From the IMG/VR virus record IMGVR_UViG_3300018877_000002: DNA of 64,000 nucleotides; one strand, given 5' to 3'. Origin of the DNA: a virus. The notes below the pieces were generated by a model. It worked only from the letters and a program-made list of their open reading frames with translations, searched no databases and was not told the DNA's origin. This document shows, in pieces, positions 1 to 7,802 of this stretch. Each line of letters opens with the position of its first letter. The first letter of the stretch is position 1. Both the position numbers and the translations under genes were made by a program.

Positions 1-1
1 T

Positions 2-205
2 GAACATGAGAATGATGTTCATGATGATCTTTATGCGACTTTGTTTTTAGCAACATCTATTAAAATTGCTAACATCAATCGTTTACGACAAATGATTGAT
101 GAAGCCATAGACAATGGTGACGAAAAAGCATTCATGAAATTATCTGCCGAACTTCAACAGCTTGAAGAGCAGGATGTTAACATGTGTGATTCTAACTATT
201 CATAA
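2..205 (+). CDS. 3-prime fragment of an ORF entering from upstream, IDEAL-motif-like C-terminus
   Basis: Frame 2 is open from the window edge to TAA at 203-205. Translation ends RLRQMIDEAIDNGDEKAFMKLSAELQQLEEQ. A terminator follows. Confidence 0.4.
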   Translation, partial: EHENDVHDDLYATLFLATSIKIANINRLRQMIDEAIDNGDEKAFMKLSAELQQLEEQDVNMCDSNYS

Positions 206-222
206 TATTCACTCGGGCAAAA

Positions 223-253
223 ATGGTAGGAGATAAGTCCTACCATTTTTTTA
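223..253 (+). terminator. rho-independent terminator
   Basis: Stem ATGGTAGGA / TCCTACCAT with a 6-nt loop, followed by a T7 run. Confidence 0.75.
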
Positions 254-265
254 TCTTCTGATGTA

Positions 266-294
266 TTGACAAATCCTCTAATTATTGCTAGACT
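266..294 (+). promoter_or_regulatory. sigma-A-type promoter of the first operon
   Basis: TTGACA, a 17-nt spacer AATCCTCTAATTATTGC, then TAGACT, 20 nt upstream of the MazG-like start. Confidence 0.55.
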
Positions 295-314
295 GTAGTT
301 AGAGGTGATACATT

Positions 315-878
315 ATGACGGTAAAGTCTTCCGTTACACTTGGGCAGATTCAGGAATATGTAAAAGAGGTTGAAGTAACAAAAAAATGGGATAAGCAAAT
401 TGGCTCTTTTGGTGGGCTTCTTCTGGTGGAAGAACTGACCGAAATTCAAGAGGCAATGGAGCTTCACTCCAATCTGAGCCAACGCATTGGTCGCGTAGCA
501 AAAGCAATTCGCAATCAGGAAGTCGGTCGCTTTGGTCATGACGAGATCAATAATAGCGATCAACAAAAACTTGAAGCTATTGGCGATGAATGTGCTGATG
601 TGCTTTTCGCTATTGTTAAGGTAGCTAACTACTATGGTCTTGACCTTGCAACTCATTATCATAGATTGCAATACAAAATTAAGGATAGATTTCCTGAATT
701 AAAAGAAAAAGATATGAAAGTCATTTTACTACAATGTGGAAATGTCAATGTTGTGAATTGTGTTTCTTGCAACAAAACTCACGTTGGCATTCCTTCTTTG
801 ATCGAAAACCGCGCTGATAAGGTTGGGTGGTTTGTATGTCCCGTCACTGGAAATAAAATTCTCATACCAAAGGATTGA
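315..878 (+). CDS. mazG: MazG-like nucleoside triphosphate pyrophosphohydrolase with Cys-rich C-terminal tail
   Basis: VEELTEIQEAM and IGDECADVLFAIVKVANYYGLDL match the paired EExxE / ExxD helices of all-alpha MazG NTP-PPases. The C-terminal 50 aa carry 4 Cys. Confidence 0.7.
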   Translation: MTVKSSVTLGQIQEYVKEVEVTKKWDKQIGSFGGLLLVEELTEIQEAMELHSNLSQRIGRVAKAIRNQEVGRFGHDEINNSDQQKLEAIGDECADVLFAIVKVANYYGLDLATHYHRLQYKIKDRFPELKEKDMKVILLQCGNVNVVNCVSCNKTHVGIPSLIENRADKVGWFVCPVTGNKILIPKD

Positions 879-939
879 TAAAACAGGAGTTCCAGTACGC
901 AACGCAGTTCTCGAAGCTAACGATAAACTTTAAAGGGAG

Positions 940-2454
940 ATGTCAAAAATGAAAACAATCTTTGAAATGATGCGTAAGCGCCAAAATAAAATTCTTCGTG
1001 TTGATGCCTATGGGTTTTCTCATAACATGTTGAAGATTGACACGTCTTTCGAGGTGTCGCACATGTACAATCGTCGCAGACCACAAATCCTCTTCTTATT
1101 TTCGCATTATGTCGCTGAGGCGTTTGGTACGCCTATCACGATGGAAGATGTTGATGAGGCGCACGAAATCGCAAAAGAAATGGGATTGGTCTTTCCGCGT
1201 CATATTTTTGAACGTGTTGTAAATGAATTCAAAGGGTATTTTCCTATCAAGGTAGAGGCGTTGCCTGATGGTTTCTATTGCCCTGTAGGTACACCCTTCT
1301 GTCAAATCTCTAATGTAGCTAAGGATTTTGATGATCTAAATGCATTCATTGCATGTCTTGGACACGCAGGTTTTGGTGAACTTGTCTCTTGGGATGAGGC
1401 ATATCTGATGAAAGCTTACTTTCCTGCCGCCGCCGCTACTCACGCATTCGAGATGAGGGAATATCTCGAACAACAATGCAAAGAACATGGGTACGATTGG
1501 GAGCAATTTAAGTGGCGTTTCCATTCTTTTGGCTATCGCGGACATGCTTCTGAGCAAAACGCGGCACTCGCTGGATTGGCTTGGAATATGTCTCTGTTCG
1601 GAACTGATGACATCCACACAAAACAATATTATCGTAAAGCTCCTGTTGGCTCTGTGGCGGCTTCTGCACACAAGGTTGTCCAGCAGTTCGATGATGAACT
1701 ACAGTCCTTCCTGTATGGTGTAGATGCTGTTGCAGAGGCGTTCCATCAGCGCGGTGAAGGTTCTCCCATCTTCCCTTTCCCTATCGACACATACAACGCG
1801 AATAATGTGATTCAAAATTACATTCCTGTTGTTGCGAAGTATGCGGCTGAAAAAGATGTTCGAATTACGCCTCGCCCTGATAGCGGCAATGTCATTCAAC
1901 AAGCAATCGACATCTATCATGTTGCGCAAGAGCATGGTCTGACTAATGTGAGTGTAATCATTGGCGAAGGAATGTCCTTTGAACAAGTCAAAAAGTATGA
2001 TGCTATCTTGCTCGAAAACAACGTTCCTTTGAACTTTGTGCTGTATGGCATTGGGGCAGGATTTTACACTCATCTTACTCGCGACTATTTGGGATGGGCG
2101 ATGAAAACTTCATTCTCTAACAAAGATAGCCGTATGAAGTTTTCTGAAGTTCCTATTAAACAATCAATTCCAGGAATTGTCAAGCTGTTTATTGACGAAG
2201 AGATGAACATGGTCGTTGATTATAGCAACGATGGAAAGTATGCTGGCGCTATCAATGCTGATAATGGATTGTATAATATCCTCTATCATTTTGATGGCTC
2301 TACAGACAAGCCCTTTGTCAAGGTCTTCACCATCGAAGAAAATCATATGCAGATCGAATCTCAGCGTGAAGCACGTGTAGCTGACACCATTGTCATTGCT
2401 CCTGCAATCAAGGAAGAGATTAAGCGCATTCGCGCATTACATGGGCTGTCCTAA
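940..2454 (+). CDS. nadV: nicotinamide phosphoribosyltransferase (NAMPT/NadV)
   Basis: 504 aa. HSFGYRGHAS, RPDSGNV and IIGEGMS are type II phosphoribosyltransferase/NAMPT motifs. The length is typical of NadV. Confidence 0.85.
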   Translation: MSKMKTIFEMMRKRQNKILRVDAYGFSHNMLKIDTSFEVSHMYNRRRPQILFLFSHYVAEAFGTPITMEDVDEAHEIAKEMGLVFPRHIFERVVNEFKGYFPIKVEALPDGFYCPVGTPFCQISNVAKDFDDLNAFIACLGHAGFGELVSWDEAYLMKAYFPAAAATHAFEMREYLEQQCKEHGYDWEQFKWRFHSFGYRGHASEQNAALAGLAWNMSLFGTDDIHTKQYYRKAPVGSVAASAHKVVQQFDDELQSFLYGVDAVAEAFHQRGEGSPIFPFPIDTYNANNVIQNYIPVVAKYAAEKDVRITPRPDSGNVIQQAIDIYHVAQEHGLTNVSVIIGEGMSFEQVKKYDAILLENNVPLNFVLYGIGAGFYTHLTRDYLGWAMKTSFSNKDSRMKFSEVPIKQSIPGIVKLFIDEEMNMVVDYSNDGKYAGAINADNGLYNILYHFDGSTDKPFVKVFTIEENHMQIESQREARVADTIVIAPAIKEEIKRIRALHGLS

Positions 2455-2556
2455 TATACCCATTTATGTTTAAACTCACTCCTGAACTTTTAAAAAGGCT
2501 CAGGAGTGGGGCAAATGCAAAGATCACCTATAGGATTTTGCCAAGGAGGGAAGGTA

Positions 2557-3180
2557 ATGGAAAAACAATTTAAAGCTGGCTTCATGGTTGGACGCTTCCA
2601 GCATATCCATAAAGGGCATCAGGAAATCATTGAGCGCGGCATCAATTCGTGCGAAAAGTTTGTGGTATTTGTAGGCTCCTCTCAGGAGAGTGAAACACGA
2701 CAAAACCCTTACAGTGCCGCTGAGCGCATTAAGCTTATCAAGAAGATTTATGGCGACCTTGTTGAAGTTATCCCATTGCCTGACATCACGACCCCTGATG
2801 ACATCAGCGAAGCATGGGGTAAATACGTAATGGAACAGGCGACAATGGCTCTTGGTGAACATCCTGACTACATGGTCACTGGTAGCGGTGACAGTCAAAG
2901 CCTATGGTTTACTGAAGATCAGTTGACCTTCCAAAAAGGCAGAGATATGGCAAGAATGTATTTTGACATCGTACCGCGAAGCAACACGCCCATCAGCGCA
3001 ACTGAAATGCGCCATTATCTGCTGACAGATAACTTCCAATCGTGGAAGCAGTTTGCAGACATTCGTATCCATTGCAAATTTGAGTGGCTTCGCCTGTTGC
3101 TTCTTATAGTCGAGTATCACAATTTGAGAAGAAAGCTTATCGTCAAAGACGAAAGTGAACTTGATGATGCTAATTTCTAA
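2557..3180 (+). CDS. nicotinamide-nucleotide adenylyltransferase (NMNAT, NadM/NadR-type)
   Basis: GRFQHIHKGH matches the (H/T)xGH nucleotidyltransferase motif and ISATEMR matches the ISxTxxR motif. Start moved to the ATG at 2557, behind AAGGAGGG. No Nudix box seen. Confidence 0.8.
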   Translation: MEKQFKAGFMVGRFQHIHKGHQEIIERGINSCEKFVVFVGSSQESETRQNPYSAAERIKLIKKIYGDLVEVIPLPDITTPDDISEAWGKYVMEQATMALGEHPDYMVTGSGDSQSLWFTEDQLTFQKGRDMARMYFDIVPRSNTPISATEMRHYLLTDNFQSWKQFADIRIHCKFEWLRLLLLIVEYHNLRRKLIVKDESELDDANF

Positions 3181-3204
3181 CTCATAGGAGGGTTATATAC
3201 AACA

Positions 3205-4122
3205 ATGGAACAAAAAGCATATATGGACATCGTTCGCCTTGGACACAAAACCACGCAAGGGATTCTGAACGATGGCGACCACATCGTGGTTCAAGAAAAG
3301 CTGGATGGCGCAAATGCATCCTTTTGTCTGAACCCTGCGAATGGCGACCTTGCGGTATTCTCTCGCCGCACAAAACTTGATGAGAGCAACACTCTTGGAG
3401 GCTTTTATGGATGGGTAATGGACAATATCGCTGGCAAAGTCCTTCGCCCTAACACGATCTACTTTGGCGAATGGCTGAATCCCCACAAGGTCAAATACCC
3501 TGAGAAGACATTCTACCTGTTTGACCTGTACGATGTAAGCACTCATCGTTACCTTCCCTTCGAAGAAGTCAGGAATGAGGCTCAGAGACTGCATCTGAAT
3601 TTGATTCCTGTTTTCTACGAGGGAGTATACCAAGGTTATGCTCATCTGGAGCAGTTCGTCGGCAAGACACTGATTGGCGGCAAGCTTGGCGAAGTGGAGC
3701 AGGGTGAAGGAATCGTTGTCAAAAATGTAACTTTCATCAACCAATTTGGCAGACAGATGTTTGTCAAAATGGTCACTGAGGCTTTTGCTGAGGTGCAAAA
3801 ACAAAAGTTGCCAAAAGACCCTAATAAACCAAAGAGCAAAGAACGTTTATTCGTAGACACTTACGTTACCAAGGCACGTGTTGAGAAGTTCCTGCACAAA
3901 CTTGTTGATGAGCAGGTATTGGATGCTCAATGGGGTATTGAAGATATGGGTGTCGTTCTCAAAGAGCTAAACCATCGTATTTATGATGATCTTATAAAAG
4001 AAGAAGCCGACTATCTGCCGAGTGTATACGACACCAGAGAGCTTCGCAAAAGCCTTAGCACAGTTATGCCAAATTTTGTCAAAGAAATTATCAAGGAGAG
4101 ACAAAAAGATGAAAATTGTTGA
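3205..4122 (+). CDS. ATP-dependent RNA ligase family protein
   Basis: Covalent nucleotidyltransferase motifs: I VQEKLDGAN, III YFGEW, IIIa FYLFDLY, IV EGIVVKN, V FVKMV. The KLDGxN form is typical of RNA ligases. Confidence 0.7.
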   Translation: MEQKAYMDIVRLGHKTTQGILNDGDHIVVQEKLDGANASFCLNPANGDLAVFSRRTKLDESNTLGGFYGWVMDNIAGKVLRPNTIYFGEWLNPHKVKYPEKTFYLFDLYDVSTHRYLPFEEVRNEAQRLHLNLIPVFYEGVYQGYAHLEQFVGKTLIGGKLGEVEQGEGIVVKNVTFINQFGRQMFVKMVTEAFAEVQKQKLPKDPNKPKSKERLFVDTYVTKARVEKFLHKLVDEQVLDAQWGIEDMGVVLKELNHRIYDDLIKEEADYLPSVYDTRELRKSLSTVMPNFVKEIIKERQKDENC

Positions 4123-4381
4123 TAAACGCGTAAACAATAAAAGGGCGAATTTCGGCTCCTTTGTTGTCCTAGACGATGAATCCTATCTATTCGTTACTAA
4201 CTACTCTTCCTTTGAAAAAGCTTATCCTGTCAAACTGTTCTCTATAGATTCTGGATTATTCGTAGAGGGTGTCGGTTCCCTTGATGAGCTTTACATTGGA
4301 AGGTGTATTGGCGACCACTTAATAAAAGATATTATAACATCGAGCGAAGCAACTCTTGTTATTGGGGAGGAGGGCGTTTAG
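4109..4381 (+). CDS. hypothetical protein
   Basis: ATG at 4109 behind AAGGAGAG. Overlaps the ligase stop. No recognisable motif. Confidence 0.5.
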   Translation: MKIVDKRVNNKRANFGSFVVLDDESYLFVTNYSSFEKAYPVKLFSIDSGLFVEGVGSLDELYIGRCIGDHLIKDIITSSEATLVIGEEGV

Positions 4382-4435
4382 CCCTCTCTTTCTCCAAAAG
4401 GTAAATGTATAAACTAAGGAGGTTGGAGAACATAA

Positions 4436-4864
4436 ATGAAAGAAATAATACAAGATTTGTTCTCTGTTGATGATTCTTATTTTTTAGCTCATTGTATTTC
4501 AGCAGATGCCCGCATGGGTGCGGGGATTGCAGTTGAATTTGTTAAACGTTTCCCTCAAATTACACGTCTACGTAATGATTGGCAGACCTATAATGCTGTG
4601 GGCACATGTCGAAAAATAGGAAGAGTATTTAATCTTATCACTAAATATAGAGCTTGGGATAAACCAACCTATGGAACTCTTACTCGCTCCTTGGAGGATA
4701 TGAAACTGAAAGCGATTGAGAAGGGTGTTGCGAAAATTGCGATGCCACGAATTGGCTGTGGTCTAGATGGTTTACAATGGCACATAGTGAGAAATGTTAT
4801 TGAAGATGTTTTTGACGACACTGAAATTGAAATACTTATTTGCAAACCAGAACAAGGGAGATGA
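4436..4864 (+). CDS. macro domain protein (ADP-ribose binding/hydrolase fold)
   Basis: FLAHCISADARMGAGIAVEF and IAMPRIGCGLDGLQW match Poa1p-like macro domains. Confidence 0.8.
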   Translation: MKEIIQDLFSVDDSYFLAHCISADARMGAGIAVEFVKRFPQITRLRNDWQTYNAVGTCRKIGRVFNLITKYRAWDKPTYGTLTRSLEDMKLKAIEKGVAKIAMPRIGCGLDGLQWHIVRNVIEDVFDDTEIEILICKPEQGR

Positions 4865-4868
4865 TACA

Positions 4869-5585
4869 ATGAGTGAATTTGAAAGAAATATCATTATCAG
4901 CGATCAGATTACACCTCAGTTGGCAGGTGATATTATTAAACGTATTCAAGATATCAATATCTTTGATTCTCAAGAAGAGGATGAAGTAGAAGCGAAACGT
5001 TCTATCTTGGCTGAACAGATTAAATCACGTACAACAGGCTCTGATGAAGAAGTGTATTCACTTGTGGATTTAATACTCCCTCCTTATCAACGCGAACCGA
5101 TAATTATTACCGTTAATTCCATTGGAGGCAATGCATACGATGGCTTTGCAATTATTGGTGCTATGGAGATGAGTGAGACTCCCATTTACACTGTTTGCAC
5201 TGGTTCCGCTATGAGTATGGCTCTATTGCTCTTTGTAGCTGGCGATGTGCGCTTTGCTCATAGAATGGCTACGTTCATGTATCACGACTCTAGCTGGGGC
5301 GGTGGAGGCACTAACACGCAAATGCAACGTCATATAAAGGAAATTGAGCGTTTAAATAAAGTATATGATAATTACTTGCTAGAGAATACTTCACTCCCAC
5401 AAGAGTTGCTTGACGATGTTCGCGGCAAGGTTGACAATCTATTTTTTGATGCTTATCAAGCGCAAGAGTATGGTGTTGCTGATGTTGTACTTCCAGATGA
5501 TAACACAGTAAATATCAAAGTAATTGCAGAGCAATTACTTGCAGAAGCCGAGGGGAGCGAAAAGAATGAAAAAAATGCTCTCTAG
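4869..5585 (+). CDS. clpP: ClpP-family serine protease
   Basis: ITVNSIGGNAYDGFAIIGAM and TGSAMSMALLLFVAGD (the ClpP Ser motif), then MYHDSSWG. Start at the ATG at 4869, behind AAGGGAG. Confidence 0.8.
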   Translation: MSEFERNIIISDQITPQLAGDIIKRIQDINIFDSQEEDEVEAKRSILAEQIKSRTTGSDEEVYSLVDLILPPYQREPIIITVNSIGGNAYDGFAIIGAMEMSETPIYTVCTGSAMSMALLLFVAGDVRFAHRMATFMYHDSSWGGGGTNTQMQRHIKEIERLNKVYDNYLLENTSLPQELLDDVRGKVDNLFFDAYQAQEYGVADVVLPDDNTVNIKVIAEQLLAEAEGSEKNEKNAL

Positions 5586-5669
5586 GTATGGACTCACTTA
5601 TCCTTTACCTCTTCTATTCAAAAAGTAACTTTTCGTGGAGAGAAACATCTGCTATATGCTAATTTGAGC

Positions 5670-5698
5670 TTGACAAAATAGAAGATTGATGTTAAAAT
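5670..5698 (+). promoter_or_regulatory. sigma-A-type promoter
   Basis: TTGACA, 17 nt, TAAAAT. Confidence 0.6.
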
Positions 5699-5764
5699 TA
5701 TTGATGTAGACCTCAATTGGAGGATGCGTCAAATGATGATGTTGCTTATACAATTTGTATCTCT

Positions 5765-5798
5765 TATAACCCCTTTCGCTTTAGCGCTAGGGGTTATA
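5765..5798 (+). promoter_or_regulatory. leader hairpin upstream of the RNase H gene
   Basis: 10-bp perfect stem TATAACCCCT / AGGGGTTATA enclosing a CGC-TTTA-GCG mini-hairpin. No T run follows. Confidence 0.5.
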
Positions 5799-5826
5799 GG
5801 GTACATATTGAAAATAGGGAGGGAAC

Positions 5827-6630
5827 ATGGAGAGAAAAAACGTCAAAGTTCTTGATAAATGGGTTGCCATTCGTGATTCAGTCAAAAAAGGAAATAACTT
5901 TTTTACTATTGGCAAAGACCTTCGAAAGCCCACTGCAAAAGGAAAAGATGAACCAGAAATCATTGCTGTTGTTAATCCGAGTGGGGATAACCCAATCCAT
6001 TTTGGCTTAGATGATCTTCTTTTTGGCCTTTCCCAGCTTTTTGGGAAAGAGGTTTTGGCAAAAATGCTTGATGTTCCCACTAATCCTGATATTATTGAAA
6101 GTAAAAAAGGAGATGGGAAAAAGCAAAGGGAAAATCCAGTATGGATTCCAGAGGTTAACCCTGATGTTATAACCATCTATTCTGATGGAGCAGTAAGCGG
6201 AAACGGCACACCTGATAGCTATGGTGGATGGGGCGCAGTAATGCTTTATAAAGGCAAGGAGAAAGAGGCGTATGGCTCTGTAAATGAACCTACCACTAAT
6301 CAACGAACTGAGCTTTTAGCCGCTATAATTCCTCTCGAAGAAATTAAAACAACTTCTATCCCAATCGAGGTATATACTGATAGTGCTTATCTCTACCATT
6401 GCTTTCAAAATGATTGGAGAGAAGTGTGGGAGAAGAATGGCTGGATAACTTCAGATAAGAAACCAGTAGCCAATCGTGATTTGTGGGAGCGACTGTTTGC
6501 CGCTATTGACAGACAGCGCAGAGTAAAGTTCTTTAAAGTCAAAGGCCACGCAGGAATCCCACTCAATGAGAGAGCAGATAAATTGGCTCTCAAAGGAAAA
6601 GAAGAGGCAAAACAAAAAAGGGGGTTATAA
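5827..6630 (+). CDS. rnhA: ribonuclease HI with an N-terminal extension of about 120 aa
   Basis: YSDGA, TNQRTELLA, YTDSAY and NERADKLA correspond to the RNase H DEDD motif positions. Confidence 0.85.
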   Translation: MERKNVKVLDKWVAIRDSVKKGNNFFTIGKDLRKPTAKGKDEPEIIAVVNPSGDNPIHFGLDDLLFGLSQLFGKEVLAKMLDVPTNPDIIESKKGDGKKQRENPVWIPEVNPDVITIYSDGAVSGNGTPDSYGGWGAVMLYKGKEKEAYGSVNEPTTNQRTELLAAIIPLEEIKTTSIPIEVYTDSAYLYHCFQNDWREVWEKNGWITSDKKPVANRDLWERLFAAIDRQRRVKFFKVKGHAGIPLNERADKLALKGKEEAKQKRGL

Positions 6631-6631
6631 T

Positions 6632-6892
6632 ATGTCTAAAAAAACTTGGACGACTATTGAGGTGAACGATGGTCAAGTCGAAGTATCCCCCAATCATGAT
6701 GAATCTTGGGAGGTATCAAGCAAGTATGTAGATTCTATCTGCTTGTATATCAACAACAAATTCTCAGAAACTTCATCAGGCATTGGGTTATCTGTAGAAG
6801 AGGCGTGTCAATTAGTAAAAGCTTTAAATTTTGCAATTGCCGCTGTTGAGCAATGGAAAACCTTCAATAGAAAGGATAGATTCGATGTTTAA
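6632..6892 (+). CDS. hypothetical protein
   Basis: ATG at 6632 directly after the rnhA stop. Open frame. Confidence 0.5.
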   Translation: MSKKTWTTIEVNDGQVEVSPNHDESWEVSSKYVDSICLYINNKFSETSSGIGLSVEEACQLVKALNFAIAAVEQWKTFNRKDRFDV

Positions 6893-7094
6893 GAAAATTG
6901 CTGAGAATATTCGAACAGCTATTAATTGGTTCATTATTGCTGTGGCTATTGTAATGCTTGTTGTCTTTGTGGCTAAGATGTTTACAGTGGCAGTTGCATT
7001 GATTGCTGTCATTATTACGGTAGTTTTTGCTGTATATTACACTGGCTACTTTGTGGGCTTCTACAAAGGTAAAAAGAAAGGGGTTAAAAAATAA
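6885..7094 (+). CDS. small membrane protein
   Basis: Internal ATG at 6885. Two hydrophobic segments (WFIIAVAIVMLVVFVA, VALIAVIITVVFAVYY). Confidence 0.5.
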   Translation: MFKKIAENIRTAINWFIIAVAIVMLVVFVAKMFTVAVALIAVIITVVFAVYYTGYFVGFYKGKKKGVKK

Positions 7095-7312
7095 TGAAAT
7101 TCTTCAATGTGTTTAACGAAAAATACGAGCAACATGCCCAAGCGCTTTGGGTGGGAGTAATTCCTGTCCTGATTGTTTTCTTCACCCTGTTCAGCCTCGT
7201 ACAATTCGTCCTATGGTGTGTTGGTGCAATAATCGTTTTGATTGTTCTGTATGCCGCTTCCGTTCACGTTGGTAGATGGCTGATTGCTATGTACCATAAG
7301 ATGGTGAAATGA
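7094..7312 (+). CDS. small membrane protein
   Basis: Two predicted TM helices. Start overlaps the previous stop (ATAATG). Confidence 0.55.
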   Translation: MKFFNVFNEKYEQHAQALWVGVIPVLIVFFTLFSLVQFVLWCVGAIIVLIVLYAASVHVGRWLIAMYHKMVK

Positions 7313-7313
7313 T

Positions 7314-7484
7314 ATGAAGGTTAAAAAGTGCATTTACTGTGATTCCAAGAATATTAAGTTCAATGCAAAATTGCAGGAGAACAATTGCAGTGATTGCGGT
7401 GATAGCTTTACCGCTGATGACATTAAGGTGGAGTCTGGTCAGAAATCTACCAGAAAACGTCTGAAGACTTCGAAAGGGTGGTAG
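7314..7484 (+). CDS. 56-aa zinc-ribbon protein (not in the ORF track)
   Basis: Hand translation MKVKKCIYCDS...NNCSDCGD gives CxxC-15-CxxC. Ends at the TAG at 7482-7484. Confidence 0.45.
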   Translation: MKVKKCIYCDSKNIKFNAKLQENNCSDCGDSFTADDIKVESGQKSTRKRLKTSKGW

Positions 7485-7487
7485 ACA

Positions 7488-7742
7488 TTGAATGCTAGTT
7501 TCATCTCGAAATTCGCACTTGTAGGCGAAATTACGTCTGGTTCGCTCTATAATCAAGTTACACGTACTATTGAGGTTTTTGATGAGAAGCCAACTGAGTC
7601 ACAAGTTGCTGAAGCCCTTCGTTTAGCAACCGAGATGCTAGATAGCAAAGGTTCGTGCATTCTCACAGCTCAAGTTTACCCAATCTATTATCGTAAAGGT
7701 ATAGAGAGTAACATTCTTTTAAGGGGTTGGGTAAGCTTTTAA
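7488..7742 (+). CDS. hypothetical protein
   Basis: Open frame with a TTG start, followed by a terminator. Confidence 0.4.
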   Translation: MNASFISKFALVGEITSGSLYNQVTRTIEVFDEKPTESQVAEALRLATEMLDSKGSCILTAQVYPIYYRKGIESNILLRGWVSF

Positions 7743-7749
7743 AAAAAAG

Positions 7750-7778
7750 AGCCTGATACATTATGTATCAGGCTTTTC
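7750..7778 (+). terminator. rho-independent terminator
   Basis: AGCCTGATACA / TGTATCAGGCT stem followed by TTTT. Confidence 0.75.
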
Positions 7779-7802
7779 CCAACTTAAATAGGGGGTAATC
7801 AA

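Noticed and set aside
1037-2346. Five short ORFs on both strands inside the NAMPT gene
   Set aside because: They are nested in a gene with clear family motifs and have no independent signals.
2506-2556. Upstream extensions of tracked ORFs (2506 for NMNAT, 4022 for the 90-aa ORF, 4794 for ClpP, 6566, 6831, 23282, 38746, 44042 and 59727)
   Set aside because: In each case an internal ATG or TTG with a proper Shine-Dalgarno sequence exists. The extension overlaps the preceding gene or a promoter.
5717-6176. ORFs 5717-6010 (+) and 5787-6176 (-) around the RNase H start
   Set aside because: They cover the leader hairpin and lie out of frame or antisense to the well-supported rnhA ORF.
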